Below, piece by piece: positions 44,834-54,059 of a stretch of DNA of 64,000 bases. Location of the stretch: positions 248,001 through 312,000 of the IMG/VR virus record IMGVR_UViG_3300044712_002668. One strand, 5' to 3'. Below the pieces are notes generated by a model, which worked only from the letters and a program-made list of their open reading frames with translations, had not been told where the DNA came from and made no database searches. How positions within the stretch are numbered: the stretch's first letter is position 1; each line of letters begins with the position of its first letter. A program made the translations under genes and the position numbers.

Positions 44834-47269
44834 ATGAAAGCAAACAAAGAACAGAATTTAAACAAGCATTTGTACTGTGTGATGCTTATGGCCATGCATT
44901 GTGCTGAATATCTTGGCGTCAATGATACGGCTCTCAAAGAGGTCATCGGGCTTTCTGCTTTCCTTCATGACGTAGGTAAGGCTACCAAATATTTTCAAAA
45001 CATCTCCCTCAGGGAAGAGAAGACCAGCACCAAAAAGTTTTTCGATCTTATTCGTGAACAGTATCCCCAATTTTCCGGAGAGGATGGTAAGGATTGGTAT
45101 CCGAGGCATAACGAAATCTCATGGTTGTGGGCGGCTCTACACGCTACCGGTAAGTCTCTGTTCAAGAAGGTTGGCCTCCAAGCTATCTATTGGCATCACG
45201 GAACCTTTGATATCAACCCTATCCGAGATACTGATACCAAATCCCTTGTAGAAGAATTGACCAAGTTCTCTCCCGATGAATGGAAAACCATTGACCAAAC
45301 AATCAAATCCCTTATTGATAATACAAACTTTCCTTTTGATATTACAAAGTATCTTGATGATAACATTGAACATTGTAAGATGTCACCTTTGTTTGATATT
45401 GAAGATAAGGCTGCCAATAATGGCATGATTGAAAACGCTCAGCGTTGGGTTATTCGTAGTTGTGTGATGTATGCTGATGCTACTGTTTCAAGGATGTCTT
45501 CCGATGAATTGAATGATCTAATTCTCAATAGAAATCCAGCTACTTATTTCAAGCCTTATTATCTCTCTGTGAAGCCTGAGTTTGTTTGTCCTGAAGGTTA
45601 CGATCCGGAACGTTTCAGGATTCAGAGTGAGATTTATAAGAGTTGTAATCATACTACGGTTGTAAAGGCTCCTGCTGGTTTCGGTAAGACCTTGATTGGT
45701 TTGATGTGGGGCCTGCTACATGGACAACAGTTCTATTGGGTTTGCCCTCGTAATGATGTTGCCCAAGGCGTTTTCGAAAACATCAAGGAAGAACTCCGTA
45801 GACTTAACATCAATATCAATGTTGAATTGTTCCTGACATCGGAACGTCAAGACTCATTTGGACCGAATGTACCGCATGTACATGGTACGTGTGACATTGT
45901 GGTAACGAACATTGATATGTTGATGGCTCCATTGCAGAGTCACAAGCATGCATGCAGGGTTTTTGATATCAATGCTCGTAACATTATCATGGATGAGTTC
46001 CATGAGTTGATTGGTGATGAAGGAATGTTTTCGGCCTTTATCAATTATATGAGGGCTCGCAATTTGATTTGCTCAAATACGAGAACCTTGCTCTTGTCAG
46101 CTACTCCTTCCGTCCTGAATGAACTTTGGGATAGCGATACAAAGCAAACCAGGCTTCTTCCAGATGATGAACATCATTATAAGGCTCAGCATGATAAGCC
46201 TTATTACTTCAAGTTCGCTACTGCAATGCCCACCAAGCCGTTGCCTGGCTCGTTGAGTATGTATTGCAGCATTTCCACTGTCATTGTAAATTACAATCCA
46301 AGAGTTCATACGGCAATTATTCACAGTCATTATCCAACGAATTACAAGAAGGACATTTTGAATGGAATTTTCAAGACCTTTGGAAAGGGAGGGGATAAGA
46401 ATGGGACTGTGATATCAGCGCCTATTCTACAGGCTGCATTTGATATTTCATTCAGGAGTATGTATAAGGCAGTTGAATCTCCTGAGGGAGACATTCAGCC
46501 ACTTGGGCGTGTGAATCGTTGGGGAGAGTTGGAGAGTGCAGAGGTTGTGTTGGTACCTTTGGCGGCTTCTAATCCTAGTGAACGGGGAGCAATCAATACC
46601 CGATATGATTTGGACCTGCACCGGGATTGGTTGAAGTATTTGAAGAACAATATAAAGTCAAAGGCTACGTTGGATGAGGTTTATTCTTTGTATAATGCTT
46701 ACAATAATGTTGCCAAGCCGAAGTTGATATCTTATTATTACAGGTGTTTGGATAAGGCAACTGAGAGATTGTCAAAGTTCTTCCCCAAGGACTTCGGAGT
46801 TTCCCGGCCTTCTCGTGATAATATCAAATCGGTTTCAAATCTGAGAAGTTATTCTCCATCATTCTTTATTGTAGTAAGGAATTTGAAGACCAAGGATTGG
46901 CATCCATTTGCTTTCAATATTCAGAACTATGATTTGGATGAGTGCATAAGTGAAAACCGGGAGAAGTTGGAAGCGTATACAATTAAAACTGTTATGGAGC
47001 ATTTGAATGAATTGAAGTTTGAGGATGGCGAATGTCATTTTGATTATAGTAAGATTTTGAATAGGTTCTTCAATCCAAAGAGGAAGAGTGAGAAGAAGAT
47101 TGGTGGCAAGCTTGTAAAGATAACTTCCAAGGTTCGTAAGAATTATAAGGCAGAAGATTTTATTGATTATATCAGGGAAACAAAAACGCCATTGCCGGTG
47201 TTTGATAGGTTCTTTGATCCTGTTCGTGGTTTGGTTAAGGAAGAGTTTTTGTACGCAATCAATTATTGA
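44834..47269 (+). CDS. cas3: Cas3 HD nuclease-helicase (no N-terminal Cas2 domain)
   Basis: KHL...LHDVGK HD domain, HHG, YAD; APAGFGKT, DEFH, SAT, QPLGRVNR. Confidence 0.92.
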   Translation: MKANKEQNLNKHLYCVMLMAMHCAEYLGVNDTALKEVIGLSAFLHDVGKATKYFQNISLREEKTSTKKFFDLIREQYPQFSGEDGKDWYPRHNEISWLWAALHATGKSLFKKVGLQAIYWHHGTFDINPIRDTDTKSLVEELTKFSPDEWKTIDQTIKSLIDNTNFPFDITKYLDDNIEHCKMSPLFDIEDKAANNGMIENAQRWVIRSCVMYADATVSRMSSDELNDLILNRNPATYFKPYYLSVKPEFVCPEGYDPERFRIQSEIYKSCNHTTVVKAPAGFGKTLIGLMWGLLHGQQFYWVCPRNDVAQGVFENIKEELRRLNININVELFLTSERQDSFGPNVPHVHGTCDIVVTNIDMLMAPLQSHKHACRVFDINARNIIMDEFHELIGDEGMFSAFINYMRARNLICSNTRTLLLSATPSVLNELWDSDTKQTRLLPDDEHHYKAQHDKPYYFKFATAMPTKPLPGSLSMYCSISTVIVNYNPRVHTAIIHSHYPTNYKKDILNGIFKTFGKGGDKNGTVISAPILQAAFDISFRSMYKAVESPEGDIQPLGRVNRWGELESAEVVLVPLAASNPSERGAINTRYDLDLHRDWLKYLKNNIKSKATLDEVYSLYNAYNNVAKPKLISYYYRCLDKATERLSKFFPKDFGVSRPSRDNIKSVSNLRSYSPSFFIVVRNLKTKDWHPFAFNIQNYDLDECISENREKLEAYTIKTVMEHLNELKFEDGECHFDYSKILNRFFNPKRKSEKKIGGKLVKITSKVRKNYKAEDFIDYIRETKTPLPVFDRFFDPVRGLVKEEFLYAINY

Positions 47270-47304
47270 AGTTCAATCAACCAACCAACAAGGAAAAAAA
47301 CAGC

Positions 47305-48417
47305 ATGTCAATCGCCAAGTCTCTGCTTCTTCGTGTCCTTTTCAATGGTGATGGAATCGTCAATTTTGATTCTCCGGATCAAAAGTATCTTTGGAACAAG
47401 TTGGAGGGGGCAGGTTTTATCAGGCACAATAATACCATGGTTGGAAAGGCCAGGTATGAGTCAAAAAAGGTAACTCGTCAGAATCAGGATAAAGAGGATT
47501 ATGAGAAGGAGGTTTATACACGGGTTCCAATCAATTCTGCAGACTGCATTCGTCATACCATGTATGAAGATGTGATGCGAACGCATCTTCCCAATGTTCA
47601 GCATGATGATGATTGGTTGATTCGTACCATTGCAAACCCTGCTTTCATCCAGCGTGGGTATATGTTCCCCCGTGCCAACAAGGAATCTTGGAAGCGCAAG
47701 TCTTCATTGGCTTTCGGTTATGCCAAGGGTATTACGCCAAGTGTTCCGGCAATTGAAACGTTTTCAAATTCTCAAGAAAGGGATAATGTTGAGAAGAGCG
47801 AGAGTGGTTCTGAGACATCTTTCTTCTCTCGTGAGGTTCGAGGACAAGTAAATTATGAAATGACTGGAGTAATTGATTTGGCTGAGCTTGGGTTTATCTC
47901 CTTGAGTGATGTTCATGATCGTTTGGGATTCCATCCCGATCTTGATGGTGAGTTTATTGAGATGTTCAAGAAGCATTTCAAGTTTGAGGATACGATTACT
48001 TCTGGGTATTTTGTTCGTGAAGGTGATGCTTATGAGATTCCTGAGCAGGGTATTCTGCTTGGGGACAAGTATGTTATCGCCATGGTTGAGGATATCCTGA
48101 AGCGTTTGGCCAGGTTCAATTTGGTTCGTACCACTACTGGTTTTCTTCAGACTGCCAAGGTTGAGGTTATGGTTGTCAAGGATCCTTTGACTGACCGTGT
48201 TACCAATACTGATGGTTGGATTAATGTTTTTGATAATGGTAAGTTTTCTGTTGACTTTTTGAAGGGTCTCAAGATTGAGCGTGTTTATAATGAGACCTCT
48301 ATTGAGGAGGCTATTGAGAAGGTTCGGCATTATAAGGAACTGAAGAATGTTGATGAGCCGGTTGTGGAAGCCAAGCCCCCGAAGAAGCCGCGTGGCAAGA
48401 AAGAGGCGGCGGCATGA
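47305..48417 (+). CDS. cas7: Cas7, type I-F2 (I-Fv)-like
   Basis: GDGIVNFD, INSADCIRH, QRGYMFP, KRKSSL, TSFFSR, LGFISLSDVHDR, EQGILL match, in order, motifs recalled from Shewanella Cas7fv; AAGGAA RBS. Confidence 0.85.
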   Translation: MSIAKSLLLRVLFNGDGIVNFDSPDQKYLWNKLEGAGFIRHNNTMVGKARYESKKVTRQNQDKEDYEKEVYTRVPINSADCIRHTMYEDVMRTHLPNVQHDDDWLIRTIANPAFIQRGYMFPRANKESWKRKSSLAFGYAKGITPSVPAIETFSNSQERDNVEKSESGSETSFFSREVRGQVNYEMTGVIDLAELGFISLSDVHDRLGFHPDLDGEFIEMFKKHFKFEDTITSGYFVREGDAYEIPEQGILLGDKYVIAMVEDILKRLARFNLVRTTTGFLQTAKVEVMVVKDPLTDRVTNTDGWINVFDNGKFSVDFLKGLKIERVYNETSIEEAIEKVRHYKELKNVDEPVVEAKPPKKPRGKKEAAA

Positions 48418-49316
48418 GCAAGTATATTCTGCTTCTGGATTTTCAAAACGCAGGAATCTTTAAAAAGTATTGGCATAAAACAGAGCCTCGCTCTGCTTCC
48501 GGTGATGACCGTATTTTTGATGGAAAGAATTCCGATTATCGTCGTAAGGATCAATGGATTGAACCTTCTACGGTAACCTTTCATTATAGTTTTATTGAGA
48601 ATGTTTTGAGAGTTCTTGCCGGGCGTAGACCCGTTCCTAAGTATCGCTCATCCTGTGTTGAACATGATGATGATATAATCAGGTTGGCTAAAAATAGTTA
48701 TGTAAAAATTGATGCATTGGTCAGGCATTGGGAGGGGAAGCCTGACACATTTGCCACAGAGACCATGACAGTCAGGAAGGCGTCATGGAATGCATGGAAT
48801 CAGGGTTGTATAGTTGGTTGGAAAAGGTTGGAGAATTTGTTGCCTGAGGATTTGTTCAATGAATTCTGTAGATTGGTTGAGAATATTTTTGGAATTGATT
48901 ATTATAGAAAGGTTACGTTGAGTAAGGTTATTGAGAAGATTCATACGATGAAGAATGATAAGAGGATCATATCATTGTGTGACAGGGCGGTAGCCGTTTC
49001 GTGTACAAATTTCAAGCATCTATTGTTGGAAACTGGGCAGCCAACATTTTTTCAAGCCAGTTATAAGAAGTATGGGGATTCAACGGAAGCGAATGTTTGT
49101 ATGAGAACCTTGACTGTGAAGGGAATTGCTGATGTAAGCAGATTGGATGGTATGATTGGAGTACCTGTAACGGCTGAAGAGTTGGAGATGTTCCGCAAGG
49201 GTCGTGGATTTGCCACATTGTTTGATGGGGGTTTGGTAACTATAAACAAGGTTGTAGATTTGGAGTATTCAAACACTGGTGTAGTTTTGAATGGGTATAC
49301 GCAAGCACTACAATGA
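48414..49316 (+). CDS. cas5: Cas5, probably Cas5fv-like (enlarged, replacing Cas8)
   Basis: Position in operon, 300 aa, IENVLRVLAG helix, helical insert, C-terminal GFATLFDGGLVTI Gly loop. Confidence 0.65.
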   Translation: MSKYILLLDFQNAGIFKKYWHKTEPRSASGDDRIFDGKNSDYRRKDQWIEPSTVTFHYSFIENVLRVLAGRRPVPKYRSSCVEHDDDIIRLAKNSYVKIDALVRHWEGKPDTFATETMTVRKASWNAWNQGCIVGWKRLENLLPEDLFNEFCRLVENIFGIDYYRKVTLSKVIEKIHTMKNDKRIISLCDRAVAVSCTNFKHLLLETGQPTFFQASYKKYGDSTEANVCMRTLTVKGIADVSRLDGMIGVPVTAEELEMFRKGRGFATLFDGGLVTINKVVDLEYSNTGVVLNGYTQALQ

Positions 49317-49834
49317 ACCTGTATAAAATCCACAAGGCATTTGCGAATCCTTATCAGAACCACCAGGCATTGAAGAACTTGTTTCTGGGAGAGGGGCGGG
49401 TTCTTTTCCAGAACTTGGGTTCTTCTTTATTGGTGCTTTCTCAAATAAAGTTGAGCGATGAATACCGGAATAACTTTTTGATTGATTTTCTTGATATTGA
49501 TAATTGTTTGAATGGTGACATTATGAATTTTTCTATCAGGTTGAATGCTTGCAAGGGCAGTCAGGGCAAGCGATATACGTTGAAGGAGGATGAATTTGAG
49601 AGGTGGGTTGATTGGAAGATGGGACAAGCTGGAGTTTCATTGGTTAAGAAGAGCATTCATAATGAGGGAGTTATTGTTAGTGACAGGCAGGGTGGGCATT
49701 GTTATCATGCTTCATTGTTTGTATCTGGTATATTGAAGGTTGAGGATAGGGTTTTGTTCAGCAAATCGGTTGAGCTTGGCATTGGACATGGCAAAGCTTT
49801 CGGGTTCGGGTTGTTGAATGTGTTTACGTGTTAG
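49313..49834 (+). CDS. cas6: Compact Cas6e-like crRNA endonuclease
   Basis: YQNHQALKNLF, FSIRLNACK, GILKVED...GIGHGKAFGFGLL. Confidence 0.85.
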   Translation: MNLYKIHKAFANPYQNHQALKNLFLGEGRVLFQNLGSSLLVLSQIKLSDEYRNNFLIDFLDIDNCLNGDIMNFSIRLNACKGSQGKRYTLKEDEFERWVDWKMGQAGVSLVKKSIHNEGVIVSDRQGGHCYHASLFVSGILKVEDRVLFSKSVELGIGHGKAFGFGLLNVFTC

Positions 49835-51460
49835 AGTTCTCTACTGGTTTTTGTAGGGATTGAAATAAATCTGTCGCTCAGCGCTCCTTTGCCTCGTTGA
49901 ATTGAATTCCCTACTATATTATGTAGGGGTTGAAATGAGCAATTGGCCATAGCTTTCAGGGAACAATACGATCATTGAATTCCCTACTATATTATGTAGG
50001 GGTTGAAATCCCCCAACGACCTGGAGTTTTTACAGATCCAATTAAATTCCCTACTATATGTAGGGATTGAAACCGAATCAGGATATGTCGTCGTGGTTGT
50101 GTATCGGTATAATTGAATTCCCTATTATATAGGGATTGAAAAGTCGCATTCGAAGTCAAGACCGCTATTGGTAAAGTATTCCTACTATATGTAGGGATTG
50201 AAACACCCTGCGTTGGGCCCGAAAGAGACCGGCGGTTGTCCGATTGAATTTCCTACTGTATGTAGGGATTGAAATATAGGAGGCTCCCTCGGGGATGTGT
50301 CAGTGCGAACATTGAATTCCCTGCTATGTGTAGGGATTGAAATGATGTGGTCGGTGCCATATTCCTACCGCGTGACTGAATTTCCTACTGTATGTAGGGA
50401 TTGAAACTCCGTTGGTTCCCGCGAGATGGTTATCGTGGAGGTATTGATTCCCTATTATATAGGGATTGAAATAACGTTTTTGAAGGTCCGTCGCGTATAG
50501 CTTAGTTTAGTTTCCTACTATATGTAGGGATTGAAACGTGCGTATGACATAGAAGTGTGTTGCCGTGATGGTTCCCTGCTGTATGTAGGGATTGAAATCT
50601 TAGTTTCACCGGAATTCAGGTGATGACATTTATTTCCCTGCTTTATGTAGGGATTGAAATGCGAGCAGTCTAAATTCTTCGGCAGTCAGTTTGGAGTCGG
50701 TTTTCCTACCAAGGTAGGGATTGAAATGGTGGACATAACCAGAATAGTCGTGGACTTGTAGTTAATCCCTAATAAAATAGGGGTTGAAATGTAGTTGGCG
50801 GATTTAAAGGAGACCAACTAAATCTCCCTACAATATGTAGGGGTTGAAACTTTCTCTCTTTTCCGCGTCCATCAGTCTTTATGATTCCCCGCTATATGCA
50901 GGGATTGAAATCCGCAACCACCGTTTAGTCCTGCTAACATTACGTAGTTCTCCGCTATATGCGGAGGTTGAAACCCTACTCCGTCTTTCAGTGACGCTAC
51001 CGTTTTTATTCCCTATTTATGTAGGGGTTGAAATAAGGATGGATCCAATCATTGGGATGTTCTATTGTCTCCCTATTTATGTAGGGATTGAAACAGCGGA
51101 AGAACTCAATCTTTCCAAGTTTGATTGATAGTTTCCCTACTAAATATAGGGATTGAAATGCTATTTATGATATGATTCAGCGTGTCAAAATAGTTTTCCT
51201 ACTGTAGTGTAGGGATTGAAACTCCACTGCATCTAGTACAGCGAATGATTCTTAATGTCCCTGCTAATAAGCAGGGGTTGAAACTACCCTGATAGACTGC
51301 CTTCTATTGATTATGATGATTCCCTACAATATGTAGGGATTGAAATCGTCAGGCTATTGATGAGAATGCCATTGTTCAATGTCCCTGCTGATGTAGGGGT
51401 TGAAATCAAAGCACGCCTTCGGGCAGTACAATTAGAATCATCTCCCTACACCATGTAGGG
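49834..51460 (+). CRISPR. CRISPR array, 26 degenerate repeats and 25 spacers
   Basis: Consensus about (ATTGAA)TTCCCTACTATATGTAGGG[A/G]TTGAAA[C/T]; period 60-73 nt; last repeat lacks TTGAAA. Confidence 0.95.
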
Positions 51461-51731
51461 ACTCGGAGAATACAATGAAAGATAAAGATACTCTAAAGCC
51501 TTTATACATCTGGCTCTCCTGCACCCATGCACGAGGCGATTCCTACGAGGAGGCTTTCCAAGAAGCCTTGACCAAGAAGCCGGAAATTGCTAACCTTACT
51601 TGGAAGGGTGTCCCTCTAGGTCATTACGAAGCAACAAATTCTTTCTATAATCAAACTTATAATTTCATCCCTAACGGAAAGTTCTCAGAATTTGTTTTTG
51701 AGGCTCAATGATAATATTTCAGTATTGATTT

Positions 51732-52268
51732 ATGAATATTGAGGCCATAGAAAATATTGTTTCTATGTATTGTATAGCGGCTGAAGAGGAAGATAAACAT
51801 CGTCGTCATTTGGACTGGGATGATTTAAGAGCTGATGTACAATCCAGAGGGAAAAAGAAAGATCCAAAGTTGAAGCTGTCCGGTAAATGGAAGGTCTTTG
51901 TACGTAAAGAAGGACCATTCAAAATATATGCTGTTGATGGAAAATGGATTAGAAACAATCTTTCCGTGATATTCAATCATGGGGGACATGGTTTTGTACA
52001 TGAGTTTATTCCAGCAGATGAAATATGGATTGCAACAAATCATCATGATGAAGGAAAGAATAGCTCCTGTGGGTGTGGTAAAGGAAATAGTAAAGTATCA
52101 AAAGAATATTTTGATAGTTGTGTAGAACATGAAATTGAAGAATTCAAGCATATGAAAAAAGGAAAGCCTTATAAACCAGCTCATCAAAAAGCCTTGGATG
52201 CTGAGAAAAATCTCGGTCTATTGAAGAGTATGGTTGGTGATAGCGGTTCCACACCATTGAAACTCTAA
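51732..52268 (+). CDS. HExxE-domain protein, paralog of the C-terminal domain of 43834..44793
   Basis: VDGKWIR...GGHG...IPADEIWI...HEIEE...AHQKA. Confidence 0.6.
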   Translation: MNIEAIENIVSMYCIAAEEEDKHRRHLDWDDLRADVQSRGKKKDPKLKLSGKWKVFVRKEGPFKIYAVDGKWIRNNLSVIFNHGGHGFVHEFIPADEIWIATNHHDEGKNSSCGCGKGNSKVSKEYFDSCVEHEIEEFKHMKKGKPYKPAHQKALDAEKNLGLLKSMVGDSGSTPLKL

Positions 52269-52610
52269 CAAATGGTATCAAAATGAGCTACGAAGGTCAC
52301 ATCCAGAATATCTGTAAGAATGGTCATTTGTTTGAATGTGATTCCTATATACCCAAAACAACTTGCCCAGTATGTCTAGCTTCAATTGCTTGGTCAAATG
52401 AAGTGGATGATACAAATGGCGAAGAATATGGTCATGTTGATCTGGATCCTTTCCGTAGAAAAGCTGGTTCAAGAGTGACTGAACAAACCAGTAAGGGTTG
52501 GAGAACAATAGAATACCATGCCGAATACAATATTCCTCCTAAAGATGTAGAGAAAACCTTCCGTGATGAAGATGGTCATGTTCTTTCTATAAAGAATTAT
52601 CCAGAATAAT

Positions 52611-53006
52611 ATGCAAACTTTTCTTCCCTACCCAGATTTCAAGAAGTCTGCAAAGATTCTGGATTTCCGTAGGCTTGGAAAACAAAGACTGGAATGCGTT
52701 ACCATTCTAAGAGGTAAATGGCCAAATCATTCAGTTTCCAAGATGTGGCTTGACTATCACTACCAATTGTGCGAATATGCTAAAGAGATCTGTTTAGAGT
52801 GGAGAAGAAGAGGCTATAAGGATGTTCAGTATGATGTTGTTTGTGAGATGCAAAAACATCTTATAGATACAGGGCTTCCTCCCTGGTTCGGTAATAAAAC
52901 TTTTCATCGTGCTCATAAAAGTAATCTTGTCCGTAAGAAGCCTGATTATTATAGAAAATACTTCCCTGATGTTCCCGATAATCTCCCCTATCTATATCCG
53001 AAGTAA
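52611..53006 (+). CDS. Pyrimidine-dimer DNA glycosylase / endonuclease V-like protein
   Basis: MQTFLPYPDF..SA..LD..RLGKQRLE, HSVSKMW, EWRRRGY, PPWFG. Confidence 0.85.
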   Translation: MQTFLPYPDFKKSAKILDFRRLGKQRLECVTILRGKWPNHSVSKMWLDYHYQLCEYAKEICLEWRRRGYKDVQYDVVCEMQKHLIDTGLPPWFGNKTFHRAHKSNLVRKKPDYYRKYFPDVPDNLPYLYPK

Positions 53007-53015
53007 GGTAAACAT

Positions 53016-54059
53016 ATGCACGAGAAAATGAATAAGGTTTTGGCTGGCCTTGGTATCAATGGTAAGTGCATCCTCGCTAACCAACACCGTCATCTTGCTT
53101 ATTTCGATATATCTCTTGAACCGCGTACTTCTATTCGTACCCTGGAAAGGAATGCCCGAGAGATAGCCTTGGGCATTCGTAGCAAGACCACACCTATTGT
53201 TAAGGTGATTCCCGAGGAGGGAGTTGTAAGGCTTCAGGTAGCAATGGAGGATGCCAAGCCTATTCTTCATAAATCTATTTACAATCGTACATTTCAGGTA
53301 AAGGAGATTCTTCCATTTATCCTTGGCGAGGATGAAACGGGCAACAAGCTTGTTATGGATATGGTAAAGAATCCTCATCTTCTTATTGCGGGTGGTACAG
53401 GTTCTGGCAAGTCCGTTCTACTACATAATCTTATTGCGAATGCTATTTATCTTCGAGCAATCAAGTTCACCAATACCGATTTGATTCTGGTTGATCCCAA
53501 GCGTGTGGAGTTCAACTTCTATAATGATCCTTTGTTTCCGTTTATTCATATTGAGAACACGTATGAAGGTTGTGTAGAGATGCTTGAGGAGATGGTGTTG
53601 GTCATGGAGCGAAGGTATGCTCATATGGCTAGTATCAATGTCCGTAGTGTTGAGGATGATCCTGGTTTGTTTGTATTCAAGATGATTGTGATTGATGAGG
53701 TTTCCGACCTTATTCTGCAGGATAAGGAGAAGCATCTTCATGATTTGTTGATTACTCTGGCTCAGAAGGGCCGAGCTGCTGGTATCTATATTGTTCTGGC
53801 TACTCAGCGTCCCAGTGTGGATATTATTACTGGTACTATCAAGGCTAATTTCCCTGGCCGGATTGCTTGTAAGACTGCTTCCCGTATTGATTCAAAGGTT
53901 ATTCTTGATGAAATTGGAGCCGAGAGTTTGCTGGGCCGAGGCGATGCCATCCTGAAGAACATGGAACATGATAGGGTCAGGTTTCAGGTTGCCTATACGG
54001 ATGAGAATCAGATTAAATCTACCTATAAGTTCTTTACTGAATACTACAGGGCAGCATGA
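53016..54059 (+). CDS. FtsK/SpoIIIE ATPase (no transmembrane domain)
   Basis: PHLLIAGGTGSGKS, VDPKRVE, IDEVSD, GRAAGI..LATQRP, GAESLLGRGD. Confidence 0.9.
   Translation: MHEKMNKVLAGLGINGKCILANQHRHLAYFDISLEPRTSIRTLERNAREIALGIRSKTTPIVKVIPEEGVVRLQVAMEDAKPILHKSIYNRTFQVKEILPFILGEDETGNKLVMDMVKNPHLLIAGGTGSGKSVLLHNLIANAIYLRAIKFTNTDLILVDPKRVEFNFYNDPLFPFIHIENTYEGCVEMLEEMVLVMERRYAHMASINVRSVEDDPGLFVFKMIVIDEVSDLILQDKEKHLHDLLITLAQKGRAAGIYIVLATQRPSVDIITGTIKANFPGRIACKTASRIDSKVILDEIGAESLLGRGDAILKNMEHDRVRFQVAYTDENQIKSTYKFFTEYYRAA

Noticed and set aside
50844-51128. 94-aa ORF inside the array
   Set aside because: Chance read-through of repeats (PLYAGIE periodicity).
51347-51374. Possible self-targeting spacer (ATTGATGAGAATG also near 7640)
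   Set aside because: Only 13 nt match, compatible with chance; a full search is needed.
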